DNA of 64,000 nt from Styela clava (GCF_964204865.1 NC_135252.1:13640001-13704000); one strand, 5' to 3'. Positions 1 through 14,070 are shown, numbered from the stretch's first letter. A program made the numbers and translations. Notes: generated from the letters alone by a model not told the origin.

Positions 1-56
1 AACTCTGACTTTAACTGTCTCAAGAAGAGATATCTGATACCATTATCTCATCTTAC

Positions 57-2566
57 CAACTTTTATCTTTTTTCCTATTTTGAAAGCGACAGATACTCTT
101 CTTGTGATCTGCTTTGTCGCCTCAACGTTGCATCTCGACACTGATGCGCTGAGAACTGTGCGTGGTTTTATCACTAGCTGTAGCTTCCTGGCAAAACATT
201 TAGGAGCGCTTGATATCTTTGGAACAAGAGGCCCGGATGGCAGAATTCTAGATGCCCCCGATGAAGATACTCGTATATTGAGCCGTCCACCAGATGCTTG
301 CTTCAATATATCTTTCAGACTTAGTGCTCGCTTTCCTCTTACAGGACTAACTGGTTTGGATTTGGTACTTGTTGGCGCGTTCTTTTTTGCGCATGTTGTT
401 ACATACGTTTTCGATCGATAATATGTAATTCTAAAATAAAATTCAAAAAAACGATTTTAACTAGCTTACATTAGTAGTGTAATATTAATAAGAACTATGT
501 TGGTCTTGGTGTCACAAATATAGATGACGGTTCGCAACGAAAGTTTTGAATCTCATAAATTTAAAAAATGTACGTTTCATTTTGTAGTGAGGTATTCTAC
601 TGTTAACTTTAATAACTCATTGTTAATCTTAGTATGACAGTCTATTTCAAGTATTTTTCAATTAATTTAATATTTAATCTAGTTTTTCTTAACTTATGAC
701 TTGATTTGACCTAATGATATTTTGGATACTGCATAGAATGTGATTAACAATACTCTCAATATTCAAACCTACCTGCAGTTTGATCTATGATTGGTTAAAA
801 ACGCTGAAAGATCGATGAAGTTATATTTGGGAGCGATAACCTCTTCTCCTGGTTTAGATGAAATAGTTCGAGTCATAGACAAAGCGGCTGATGTAAGACA
901 GACAACATATTGAGTCCTTGATATCGGACAAGAGCTCATTGTGGTAAACTTTTGAAAAATTTTAGGTCTGAATACTTCCGTCCCAACTTTTTCACAAGGT
1001 CTCGTAGTGTTGAGTGGATTGGCTGTTAAAATCAAATTATTCTTTATGAACAATGAATAAGTTGAAAAAAATGTTATATGGTTGAATGGTGTCTCCACAG
1101 ATTAACACACATTTCATACAATTTCTTAAACGCCAAACATAAAAATTGAGTTTCTGAGGCGGATGTTTTTGAAACTTGAACATATTTTGCATTTTCACGA
1201 GAATAAAGGTATAGGCTGTAAATTGAAGACGGCTAATTTAGAAAGTTTACTAAATTCAGGTTTATTCTTTTCTTACTCCAGCGGAATATTATAGCCTCTT
1301 TGATGAGTCAATTTCCCATTCCCTCTACCTGACTATGTCACTTTTTGCCACTTAACTTTTTTATTAACACCTAGTTTTTTCTATCGTCTGTTGTTGTTTT
1401 AACATAATTGTGAAGTTCAATGAATTCTTTGTACATTTGGCTAAAACTTATTGTTTATGTTGCGGATTTTCATAAAATGAAATGCTACAAATGAAAATAT
1501 ATTACAGCGAATAAAGAAAACCGATCAGATTCAAAACAAGATGGTCCACAATGACTAGGTCAATTTTGTTTTGATCTACATAAAATCTTTAGTCAAATCA
1601 TTCCAATTTTTGTTAATAGTTTGGTACAAATTCGGTGACATTTTGGTACAATCGCTCGAATCGACTACCTACCTGCATATTCGTTTATGCATTCTTTCAG
1701 TGGAATCAAGTAGCTCGACGTTGGCAAAAGGAAATGATTTGCTTGTTCTATCCAACAAGACTCATCTTTGTCTCTAAATTATCATTACAAAATGTTTTTT
1801 CAGTTTTGCATATTTGAAATTCTGATGAATTTGTGGATTATCCCAACTATCTTTACATTTTCAGTTCAATCTTACTCCGAACTTTGTAGGTACACCAGCA
1901 ACTGGATTTGGCGTAAGAGCTTACGTGATAGAAACGACCATCCTTACACGTTACATTGATGACATCTATGTCACAGCCATGCTTTAATAATTAGTTAAAT
2001 TGAGAAAAACCTCATTATGTACAATATCAATTTTCCACTATCATATTTATCGAATAAATTGGATATTTATAATTTCAAATGCACCAAAAACATTTTAATA
2101 AAATAAACATACTTGCAATAAAATTCGTCAGTTGCTGTAAACCATAAATCATCCCATACCACATAATCTACAATATATTTCCACGACTTTACAGCTCCTA
2201 ATTTTTCTTGCATGCATATCGTGAAAAAAGGTCTGATACTTCCCAAAATTCCCTCTTCTCGACATTTCTGTCTACATCCTGAAATTAGATAGTAAAACCA
2301 AAATAATGTGGAACGTTATATGGAATATTTTTCTTTACATAATCTGCTTCTCATTGAATTCCGCGATGCAGTAGCTGTAAAATCTGTATCTATGATACAC
2401 ATTTGCTTAGGTGATTTTATTGCGAAATTTCATCTGAAATATAATATTTATGCCTACTACGGAATTCAATTAAAAAGATTTTATATATAAATGAAATACC
2501 TTCAACATAGGTGAAAGTTTGGAAAATGAGTATCATCACAATCGTCAAATAAAATATATTCTTCAT
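57..2566 (-). CDS. Uncharacterised secreted Cys-containing protein, paralog 1 (5 exons in window, ~319 aa; probably continues past left edge)
   Basis: Exons 2566-2500, 2278-2113, 1773-1673, 1022-773, 430-57 all have GT/AG ends and matching phases (1,2,1,2,1), giving one open frame: signal-like MKNIFYLTIVMILIFQTFTYVEG, then CRQKCREEGILGSIRPFFTICMQEKLGAVKSWKYIVDYVVWDDLWF...CWIEQANHFLLPTSSYLIPLKECINEY...RGKRALSLKDIL.... Exon-by-exon similarity to the gene at 7625-12054. If the donor at 56 is not used, the frame stops at 43-45. Confidence 0.8.
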
Positions 2567-5500
2567 TTTCTTTTGCTGAACATCCACACATCCGACGAGC
2601 AGTGGTACATCCAAATCTTGAATTACAACTTATAGGTCAATCTTAACAACAGATTTCTCGATTATGTCGTCGAATATATGCATAAAAGATGTAAGAAAGT
2701 TTTTGCCCCCAGGGGTAGCGCTTGTGCTTCGTCATAGGGATTTGGTTTTTGTAAAATGCTTCGGAAAGATATTGAATAACACGATAAATATACTGTAAAA
2801 AATAATACGTTTTCGAGGTAATTCATGTTACAACTTTTTCAAACTACCAAATCAAACAATAAAGGCGACAACAATTTAGCATTGTGCTTTTCTATTTGAC
2901 CAAGAACTATATCGCTTTTCAATTAGCTATTACCCATTGATTGCCCTTACCCAAAAATGCCATTTATACTGCTGTTTAGAACACCATGCCAGAATAAATT
3001 TTTAACTTCTAAATTACTCTCATTATTTTCCATTTGCTAACAAAATGAGTTTCGTTGTCTATTTTTATGTCGATCTGACAAGACGTGATATTTGATACTG
3101 CGATTCGATTGACTCGGACACTCAAAACGTTCGTAAAAAAATGGTTCAATCACCGATATATACGGGTTCAACTTTTTAATTTGTCATAACTTGGTTAAAT
3201 TTATATCATAGATTTGAACCTTGAGTCCGTTTTTTTACTATTCATTTACGTCTAAATTTCCAAGTGACCGGCTGGTTTATTATTGTTATGACTGTCTATA
3301 TCTAGACACTGCACTCCGTAAATTGGTATTTGATGTGGTTTGTTGTGGTAAATTATCGCTGCGGAAGAAATTATTGTTTTCAGATATAACATCGAACACT
3401 TCCTGAAGTATAATTCATAATAATTCATTTACAGACACCGATTATGAGTTGCAAAAAAACACTACTCTCTTCAGTCAAGTGAATATAAGTGTACGGATAT
3501 AATAAAGGAAACTAAGATGCAGTATACTTGTAAAAAAATATATATCAACTATCTTCACATTTCTCAAACTTTCGATGGTGCTGCATTAAACCGCTGTAGG
3601 CCGCTAGAGAAGCGTGGATATAACGCCTGTATATTTAGCAAACTGTCATAACAAAATTCTACTGTCTATCTTGTCTTATATCAAAGCTATTTAAATGTAC
3701 CTGACGAAGTAACTGTTTATCTTTCTTTCAGAGGCTCCCGAAATTATCTTACTTGAATATGTTTCTTTTCGGATTCGATATCAATTGTGTAAAAATTGTT
3801 TATTCGGTTGAGTACGAACAGTTATCACCAACGGCGATCGGGAGTTTATAGAGAATTTTGACCGGGCCATATCAACGGCTCATGAGGCAATCAAGCAACA
3901 TCATCTGTCTTTGGCAGAATTGTATTTGACCATTATTCTTTTATCTTTTCAAAAGTCATATCGTTGCACGCGCGTTTAATTTTATTTTCAAACGTTGTTT
4001 TAAGCTCATTGTGATGAAGTTTTTGATGGAATATTTAGGAACCTCCAGTTCCTGAAGAATCGCACAAGGCATTTCCGTCAACCATTGAAGTTGAAAATAT
4101 CCTTGTGGGATTGTGAAAAAACTGTTGATAACATCACCAAAATTACCCACTTCTAGTCGGCCACTCCGCTGTGTCGTGAAACGATGCGCTTCATTGAGTT
4201 TTCAATTATGATTAAAGTTGATTTGAAACAGCCTTCTTGATATCATGCATTTGAAAAACAACGCTGGTGATTTAAGAATCCATTATCTTTCAAGGGAAGT
4301 ACACTTTGAAAATGTTTTTCTTTATAATTATGTCACATGTCACCATGCCTTGGGGATCATTTGCCACAATGCATTAACCTAGAATAATATCAGTCTTTAT
4401 ATTTTCGACCAAAAACTAGCAAGACTATTCTTTCGTTCTATATTTGTCTTAACAAGTTCATCGCAAATGCCGTTAACGCTAATGTTCTGTAAATTGCTTA
4501 CCTTATCGTAAATCGTACATGTATACAGTTTTTAACCACAAACAATTAAAGGAGTGTGCACAGGAGTAAATAAACAAATATACGACTTCGAGATTACGAG
4601 ATCTTTACAGTTATTAAAAATAATTTAACGATAGCGTACTGTATCATTAACACGGTATTAGTGAACCATATTCTTGACGTGCTTTAGTGGGTGGGGATGT
4701 AAATAGATATTTTCGAAATTTAAATTGTACATGAAAGTTAGAAAAAATGGATTATGAAATTGCATAAAACAGAGAGACCAAAACCTTCCTTCACAGTATT
4801 GAAACAATTTTGTTTTTCATATTTCAATCCAGAATGGAAGTGAAGAACTATTCTGAGTTTGCTATGGTTTATATATTGCAAATATTCATTGCATGCGTAC
4901 ATTTTTATTTATCAATTGTTGTATTTTATTTTCAGTTGCGCCTTTACGGGAAACTTTTTATTTCCAGCTTCAGGAACAAATTTCACAATTGAATGTCTTA
5001 TTGAAAGGCGACAAATTAAGAGATTCAGTGTTCGTTCTTACCGTTTTCTTCAGATTACCATCTTGCAAAATCATCAAAATTAAATAAAACCTGATGCGCT
5101 GCATTCCGCAAGTCCTTTATGAAAATAAAAAATTATTGCTAATGTCAAAGATTGTTGGCTTATATTGCACTTATCAATCAATACTTTCAATTTCATAAAC
5201 ATATGTTATGTATGTTTACATTAATTTTTTCTGTTTGTTTGTGTTTACTTTCTTGTAAGTATGTTTATGTTTCCGCGCCTTTGGGCTGCTTGTTGTAAGT
5301 TGAAATAGAGTTTGAAGTTCATTTGATCAGAGGATACATACAATGAAATTATTTATAAATATGATAGACTGTTTAATTTTCATGAATTTGGAAAATTCGG
5401 TTTCATGGTAACGGTATAATTAACAACAGCAAAAAATGACTGTTTTTTTACCTTCATCATAATGTTTTGTTTTTATTATTCACATATTTGATATCTCAGT

Positions 5501-7624
5501 TTTTATTGAAAATTCATGGAAAAAAAATCTCAAGTTTTATATTATGGGGTCGTTTTTTCATGTACTTTGTCTATTTGTACCAGACGTTTTTCTATATCAT
5601 CAGGTAATATTGTATGTTTTCCAACTGGTTTTCAATATTTTATTTGGAAAGTAAATATTATTTTTACCTTCAGCTTTGTATACAAAACTCTTTATTTGTG
5701 TTTACAAAAGATATCATAAAACGTTAACAATATATTCAAGGGCATTCATGGTGTGTATGCTTTAGATACATTCGTTTTTGTTTTCATTTACTTCGATTCT
5801 CAATTGTAAAACACTTGTTCACGCAAACAATGCGTATATGTAACTCCCTGAAGCGCTGAATTTTTTTTACATATTTATGAAATGTACTCGACAAGGTAAC
5901 AAGGTCTTAACCCCTGGTTCTAGAAAAATAAAACATTGATGAAACATTAAAAGCGATTGTCGTAATTGGAGGGCGTATCCGTAAAATCGACTGTAAACTG
6001 CACACGTCGTTGGTTAACTTGGTTAACTCATCTCAAATATTGATCTCATACTCAAAAACCATTTATAAAAGAAGTTCAAAGAAGCAGTTTGACACACATA
6101 TATATATATATATAGGTTTTTTCAGATCAACGCTCCACTTCATATATCTCAATGCTTATAAAAAAAAAGTCTTCTCTATATTGGCATTTTTACGTAGAAG
6201 CAGATTTTGTTTTGGATATGATTTTTCATTACAATATAGTTGGTTCGAATATCCCTGTAAATAAATGAATCATTAATACGATGAACTTATGAAGTTTCAT
6301 TTAAAGCTGGTATCACAATTTACTCTTAACAGAGATAGCAGAAGGTAAACCGTTTGGTATGTTAAGGTTGACATTTTTGCACGTGCGGAACACATTCTTT
6401 CTGTTTTGTCGTACATGTTGTTAAATTTTAGGTTTATTTACACGTCCATGCCTTCAAGGTGTGTGTCCAAATGTTAACTGATGTTTGTTTAATACAAGCT
6501 ATGCTGAAAAATTTAGATTTTTCATACCAGAAAAAAATTGGATTGCCGATATAAATCCATATTGGAAAAATAATGCAAGTTTTGATCGTATGTTTTAATA
6601 GAACTTTTATAACAAGCCTTCCGGTGAAATTTATTACAGAAAAATGATTTTCACCGCACAAAGTTGAGAGCCCCCGTCCTAAGATATATTGCGTATAGCG
6701 TGTACAAAAACTGCCTTTATCTACATGAAAATGTACAACTGCATTTTAATATTATTATTTTGTGGCGGACAATGTATTTTTTCAATTCAGACCAAGTCAT
6801 TTAAGATGTGATGGCTCAGATTAATTTTCGAGTATATTCTGTATGCAATTTGCATTTTTTTTTCATTATTTTGTCAATATTTTATCATGGAATATGTATG
6901 ATTTGAAGTGGTAGAAAAAGGTCTTCCGCATGTATTGGAAATCTATGATTTCTCTTTCTCAATGTCTGCAGAATTTTTTTCTTACTGGTCTACATTACAC
7001 ATTTAAGCACTATTATAAAATTTTCCATTTGAAAACATTTGTAGAAGACCAATACCTGACCACTGTCTAAACTTGTAAGACAAAACATTAAACACTTAAA
7101 TTGATAATTATCATAAATTGATTTATTAAATTGCATGGTAGAAATAAAGGGCAGCTCTAGATGCCTGTGTCAAATAATGGAAGTGAGAATAAGGAAGAAC
7201 AATAAAACATGAAACTTTGGAATAAATAAAATATTGGAAAATAATAATATATATAGCAATACACGGAACCTTTGAAGATGCCCATTTCCAATCCGGTTTA
7301 TAACGGCACACTTCATTAGGCACTTTAACCGCGGTGTTGGTCATTATTATGTTCGATATTGAATTGTTTATTATCAGAGCATAATATTTATGCTGGCTTA
7401 GTCTTGGACTATAAACAAGAACTTTTCACTGTATTACCAAAACAGTTTTGAACTAAATGCAAATACAGGTAAAAGTTGCAATGTTTTTTGGCGCTAAATA
7501 TACAAAAACGCCGAATCTTCGATTCTTCTCTTTGGCAGTTCCTCTACTGCAGTTTTTACTTCGACAATCGAAGTTCATTCATACTTTTTAGGCTTCAATA
7601 TATTTAATCTTATCATCATCGAAA

Positions 7625-10600
7625 TTACGAAGCACAAGACAATAAAATGCTTCTTAGACGAGAATCGTGTTTTACAAGTTGCAACATTACTGAAGGTATA
7701 CAGGATGATTGTTGTACAGAAGCGGCTTTGCATTTCCGTATTTTGATGTTTCCTTCAGTATCCTGTACAACCAACGACCTGTTGAAATACCATTGATGAT
7801 TATTATTTGAAATCAAATTTAATGAGTGTTTAAAAAAGTTTTATTTTGAAGTTGGTGTTGTAATCAATTTAATTACAATTTCGTAGCACCTATCGCTTTT
7901 ATACTATTGTCATATGGAAACTTTCCAAAGTAGAATCTTTCTCTTCGAGCTCAAAAAATTATCTGTTCTTAAAAATTGTATTCAATAGCCGTATTAAAGC
8001 TACTCATACCGAGCTTTTTATTGTAGATATTCACTTTATTTCCGAAAATAGTTACATGGAGTTGAAATACTCATTTCGACAGTCACTAAGTATTGAATTT
8101 GGTTTATTTTTATAGAGCGAAAAAACACTACTTACTGGCAAGATGAATGATTTTCTTCAAAAAATTTGACAACTGATTCCATATCTTCTTTAGATAGATA
8201 TTTTGCAGAAATAAATAAACTGCTTCTCTTCATTTCTTCAGTACTGACTTTTTCACCAACGCACTGAGTAAACCTTTCCGTCGCTTCTTCGTCACAGAAA
8301 TTGCTGGTTACTACACGTGGCATTACTGTAAAACAACGGTTTAATGTTATTTATTTTTCTTTGAGAAAAGAGACCAGCAAATAGTCTATCAAATACCAGA
8401 TGAAATGTAGTTTTTCATTCCAATCTTATTCTCTGAATTAGAAAACTCGCTTACCACTGTTTTTGCCCGGCTCGAGATTTTTCCGTTCATTTATCAATTG
8501 CAAAATATCTATTAATCCCATTGCTTTTTGGACTCCTGATGAAGTGGATGAAACGGGTAATGATGGAGTGCTTGTTTCATGATAACGGAGGAGGACATGA
8601 AACGGGTCAGCCGTCTCCACTCTCTTTGGTATTGCAGTAGTAGGCCGTGTATTCGTTTTGTGTGTTGGACGCCAAGAAGTGTGTTGGTGTGTTGAATCTT
8701 TTTTACTGTTGTGACTTGCTTCATTCGGTTTTGTATGAGCAAACTTTGGATTCATTGTCGTGGACCGGTAGCTCACTGGCCAAGCCGTACTGACAGGCAT
8801 TGGCGGATTGTTGTGACTTATTTTGGGACTGAAATGCATTGGTGAGTCCGGTCGCGAGTTGGCATCCGCATCGAAGGTTTTCTGGGGAACATGGTAATTA
8901 TTTGACACCAATGTGGGACCATTTACCTTTGGTGTTGGTACGTACATTTTTGGGATCGGTTGTTGATAAAATTGCGGCGAGACTGGTGCGGATACTGGTG
9001 GAATATTCATTGCAAGAGGCGGTGGAGTTTGTGGAACGAGTGATGGTGAACGTGCAGCAGCTGGTGCTGAAACTACAACAGGCGACGGTGAGTGTAAAAC
9101 GGGCAAAGGGGAACGGATATTGTTGTTCATATGCACTTGAGATAATCCAGATCTAGTTTGTTGCTGCATTTTTTGCCTCCACGTGGACATTAGCAAAACC
9201 AGGAAATCCTTGTATGAGATTGCACGTTTCGCTCGCCCAGATCGCACCACTGTAAATAGAACATAACAAATATTTGAATGTATTTTCATAGCATCTCGAT
9301 GATAAAATACTTTGAGATGAATTTGACCGATTTATTTTAATTTACTTGTGTATTTAAAAGGTTCGCTATTGCAGTTATGGCGAATGACCGAAAAAGTCTT
9401 CGTAATCCCATACGTTAGTGCCGCAGAGTCAACGAATGTTTCATTCAATTAGCAGTTATGTCAGAATTCGTATTTTGTTATAACTGACAATTATGGTTTT
9501 CTGTGAGCGAAAACTGGGAATGACAAACCTTGCAAATAGTCAGAGTCATCTTCCAGAATGTAATCGATTGATCGCATTTGTTCATCCGTATACTTTTTGA
9601 TACAATCTTTTAGAAAAAGTCCGTAAATAGATGATGGGTCAATAAGAAAGTCTACTTGACTTTTCCAGCAGTCATATGTGTCCTGTTTTTTACTGAAATT
9701 GAAAATAAATTGAATTTTTACATATTTTGAAAATAACTAATTATAATAACTACGATTGTAACTGGTTGTTTATAGGATGTAGGCCCAGGTATCGTCTTGC
9801 AACATTGTTGTTGTGGTCGAAATATCGCTTTTCTCCCCAACTAATAGGAAGATCGATTTGAATATTCAGTACTTAAAAGTGGAAACACTTGCAATTTAAA
9901 ATACAAAATTGTTTTGCCTAAATAAAAATATTCAAATGTTCAAGTCAAACAACACACTATACGGAATGATTAATATATTATACGCCAAATGTTAAATAAT
10001 TAAATGCGCTTTATCCCACTTACTGAAACACATAATATATATATTCAGTTTTATTTAACGATATTTTAACTTGTCATGAATTTGAATAAATTGTGATTTT
10101 GTTCGATTGGACTATATCCAAATTTGGTCAATAGCGTCAATATTTGACGCTTGTTAATTTTCGAAAACATGTTTCGATATTTTTAATTTTAATAACAATT
10201 TTAAATAAAATTATTTCAATTCTCAATATAATTGAATATAATTACTCCGCTTAATCTTTAGATATCAATGTATCGAACAGCAGCCTACAAACATTTCTCC
10301 ATTCAAAATTGTCCGTTACAAAAGTTTCAACGTCAATTGCCATAAGAATTCGATATAATTTGACCAGTAATTAATCCTCACCAAATAATTATTTAAGATC
10401 GAGCGTAGGAATCAGAAACCACATTCAAAGGTCATGTCATTCTCTCCGTAGATTTTGAAGTGGTTAATTGAAACTAAACGGTCGCTCTCACGAAATACGT
10501 AGGCGCGATTAATATTACCATTGTGATTTAACTGTGACAGATACTTTGATATCGATATTACGATCAAATATATTTCTAATCGACATTGATGAAATTGAAG

Positions 10601-12054
10601 AAAAAAACATAAAAATGAATGTTGCATTTTTTAAATATTATTTCAATTAATTTTCTGGACTTCTACATCTCAGTTTTCGTTGTTTGGGACACACCCTCAC
10701 CTGCAAAATTGATTTCCAGATGAAGGATACCATTCCGTGTCGTAGATTGAAAATCGCACAATTGCCTCCCATCTATACTTTGTTCCTGCCATCGAAGTCA
10801 TGCATTCTGAGAAATATCGAATTAATCGATCTTTGCTTTCGAACATCCTTCTTCGTTTGTGTCCAACATGACATCCTATAATATAAAACACTGGTTACTA
10901 TTTTGTTTAATATCTTGATGACAATAAGTTGCGATAGCTGTTATAAAACTTCCTTTTGGACAAAGTCATGACATTAATAATTTTTTTTTGGCTAAAAAAG
11001 AGCATAATATGCTGTATAATATCTGACATTTGTTGAATTCATATATGTCCATTATATAGAATTAAATTAGACAAGTGCGTACATGCAAGCCATAGTTACT
11101 GTGACAAGACGACTTTGCAAATTATTTTCAATTTTTTATATATAATTTAATTTGTAGTCATAAAATTAACAATACATACCGTGTGATGCTCCGATAAGAT
11201 ATAATAACGTTGAAGTGAATAAAATAAATCTCATATTTGTTGCCGATTTCATATTGACTATGTTGTATTTGCTGGGTATTTATTAATATTAAACTAAAAA
11301 TTGAATAATTATTAAAAGTAAATAAATTAGTGAAATATATTATATACAAATATTTTTATCAAATACCATGAAAATGTGTAACTTGCCTATGTCAGAAACT
11401 AAGAACAATGTGTACGATTTACGATTGAAGCCTGATATCTGAAATAGTTACGCTGTAAACCTGATCGTAACACTCGCTCTTTCCTTAAATAAAATTGCGC
11501 CACGGCACCTCACTGTTTCATTTGATTTCTGACTAGACAAACTCGTTTTTGCTAAATATATATATACAGCGTGGAAAAGCCGCCAACCCTTCTTTGTCAG
11601 GATTCATATTTAGTTAAATATATTTTTTGTTTTCATATATTCCTAAACCAACAGCGCCCTTTTTCTAATTATTTTAAATATTTATTTGATTTAGCCCGAT
11701 TGTAATTTATCAACAACTTTTTTCCATGTATCAGCCTGTCGAAATATAATTGTTTAAAACAAATTGTTTAAACAATGTTGGTAAAAAAAATTCGAAGAAA
11801 TATGAATTTATTCTCGAAATGTCTGATTTGTTTATTTTTTTAAAAATGCGGATCATAAACATCATCGATTGTGGTTAAACAGACTTACGTTTTTTAATTG
11901 AGTGCAAACTTAGAACACTTTAATTAGAAATATACTCATATTGGAAATAGGTTTTATCATAATATGACATTTACGAACAAACCTTTAAATGTCCATTTGC
12001 CTCCACAAATAAATATAAAAACTATGAGTACATGATAAAATAATGAATACGCAT
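7625..12054 (-). CDS. Uncharacterised Cys-containing protein with Pro/Ser/Thr-rich linker, paralog 2 (~516 aa if the signal exon is repaired; 482 aa from the ATG at 10846)
   Basis: Exons 10875-10701, 9692-9529, 9249-8455, 8325-8136, 7778-7625 are in phase and open to TAA at 7625. A putative signal-peptide exon (12054-11983) is 1 nt short of the needed phase. Shares the motifs F..CM....G....W..IV......D..W and CW..Q......P.S.Y...LK.CI..Y, plus RxKR-A[LI]SxKD, with paralog 1. Confidence 0.8.
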
Positions 12055-13996
12055 TTTTCCTTTATTTCCTTTGCGTATACACTTTGGAAAAAGTCTTTGT
12101 AACGTTGAATAACCTCAGCGTTCATGCAACATTCTGACTTGTACACCACTTGAACAATGAAGCTATATTTTTCTTCAACTATCAATTGCGTAAATATGAC
12201 CTGCAATATTTGTCTCATATTTTAATCATTAAGATGTCCAACCACTGTCCGAAAAAGCTTAACTAACCTTTTCAGCGACGAGTCCGTGTAATTTAGGGCA
12301 GTAATTATTTGACAAAAAAAGTTCAAATATTTGAAAAATGGCTTTAGGGCTAAGAACGGTGTGATTATCAATTAAATAGTTTATACAAAAAACAAGTTAC
12401 CTAGAATTTTTTTACCGATGACAATGAATCTTCGTTTCGAAATGAAATTGAAAAAATCGTTTTCAAAATTTGCATGCATGCTTTTTTCTAATGTTTTAAA
12501 GCTGTGCTTTATATAATTTACCACAAATTTTACTTTCAAATATAAATGCTAATTTACTCTTACACCGTGATGACCACGACTTCAAGTAGAACTAAAATTT
12601 TTTTCTTTATATTCTTCTAAACACTAAACTATAAAGTTATACCCAATGTCCAACAGCTTAACTGTACTACAATTCAAAAGTCGGTCAACTTCAGGTAGCA
12701 AAGAAATTTATAAATAATATGAAGCTCTTCAACAATTTACCAATGAACTGGCCCGTAGCAATCAGAACTGCACACGTATGTATTTCACTAGTTAAATAAC
12801 ATGTCTCTGTCACATATCAAATAACTTTTAACCCAATTTCTGCATTATCCTCTATTCCGTGCAAATAACAATGTACTTTTCTATGCAAATCCTGTATAGT
12901 AATGCACGTTTAAAATATTCACTCATTCCTAATGATGATATGACTTAAGATGTTGGCACTATGTAATGTCATTTTGAACTGATTTCTGATTAATAATCAT
13001 ATATTAAATATTTGTTCATTGTAAACTAATTTACACACGGATTAATAAATAATACGATCATGTCTGCACAAGTTTGATCCCTCACAATTCGATACCTTAC
13101 GCACGGTTTCGTGATTGCGTATACGTCAAAACGTAAGGGTTGTTTCCGGAAGAAATTAATGGCGCATCATGCGACGTCAGCTTTTCTTTTAAATTTATTA
13201 TTACATATTTTTAAAATTTGCATATTTTTATTCATACAAGCCTAAGATCAAAAGAAGCACCACTGACCAGAATATCACTAATTAAGATTATTTTGAGATA
13301 AAAGAATATTTTGAATAAAGCCCACATTCCATAAGGCATGAGTATTTGTATTAAGCGTTGATTGGGAATCTTTCATCACTCAGTCGGTTGAAATCAAATA
13401 TAATTCTGTATCACAAATATACAAATATAAATTCATAATTGAATATTTAATAGTAACGTACACTTATGTTCACTATGAGTGCATGGATAACCTTATGTAG
13501 AAAGCGTGGGTTTACTGCTAGTTCTACACGCCCAATTGGATCTAAAATGTAATCCGGCTTACCCAATCAAAATAAAGGAAATAAAATAAAAACAGTTCAG
13601 ATATGAAATTCTTGCATTCAGCTTATGGGTATGTCTGTTCTATCGAATACATCGCAATGGCTGTGCTCTTGTATAGTCTTTAGTGGTTGATTTCACGTAG
13701 GCGTTTATTAAGTTATGTGGTCGTCAACTGACAAATTACTTATTAATCTCCGGGTAGAATCATTCTTAAGGTAGAATAACAATTTAGTTGGTTTTTGTTT
13801 CCAAGAAATTGAAAGGATTAAAAGTTCATCGCTATATGCAGAAGACATAGTTTTTATGTTTCATCGCTAGGTAGTGATATTTATGTATTTACATTTTTTC
13901 AAATAAATACTCTTATCGGATGTCTAAATAATTGCCTCATTCCGAAGTATTATTGATACATTGTATACAATTTTTTTCATTTAGATGACACTGTAT

Positions 13997-14070
13997 CAGT
14001 GGTTCCAAACCTTTTTTTCAAGCGATAAATGTTTTTTAAAAAAATGAATTTTGTAAAATCTCGCGACCCA
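13997..14070 (+). mobile_element. Possible end of a hAT-type non-autonomous element (only one end seen)
   Basis: CAGTGGTTCCAAACC followed by TCGCGACCC resembles hAT/Charlie-type termini. No partner end or TSD found. Confidence 0.3.

Noticed and set aside
80-421. Plus-strand 113-aa ORF
   Set aside because: Antisense shadow of exon 430-57 of paralog 1, with a non-ATG start.
8512-9156. ORFs 8512-8742 (-) and 8839-9156 (+)
   Set aside because: Alternative-frame and antisense shadows of the large Pro-rich exon.
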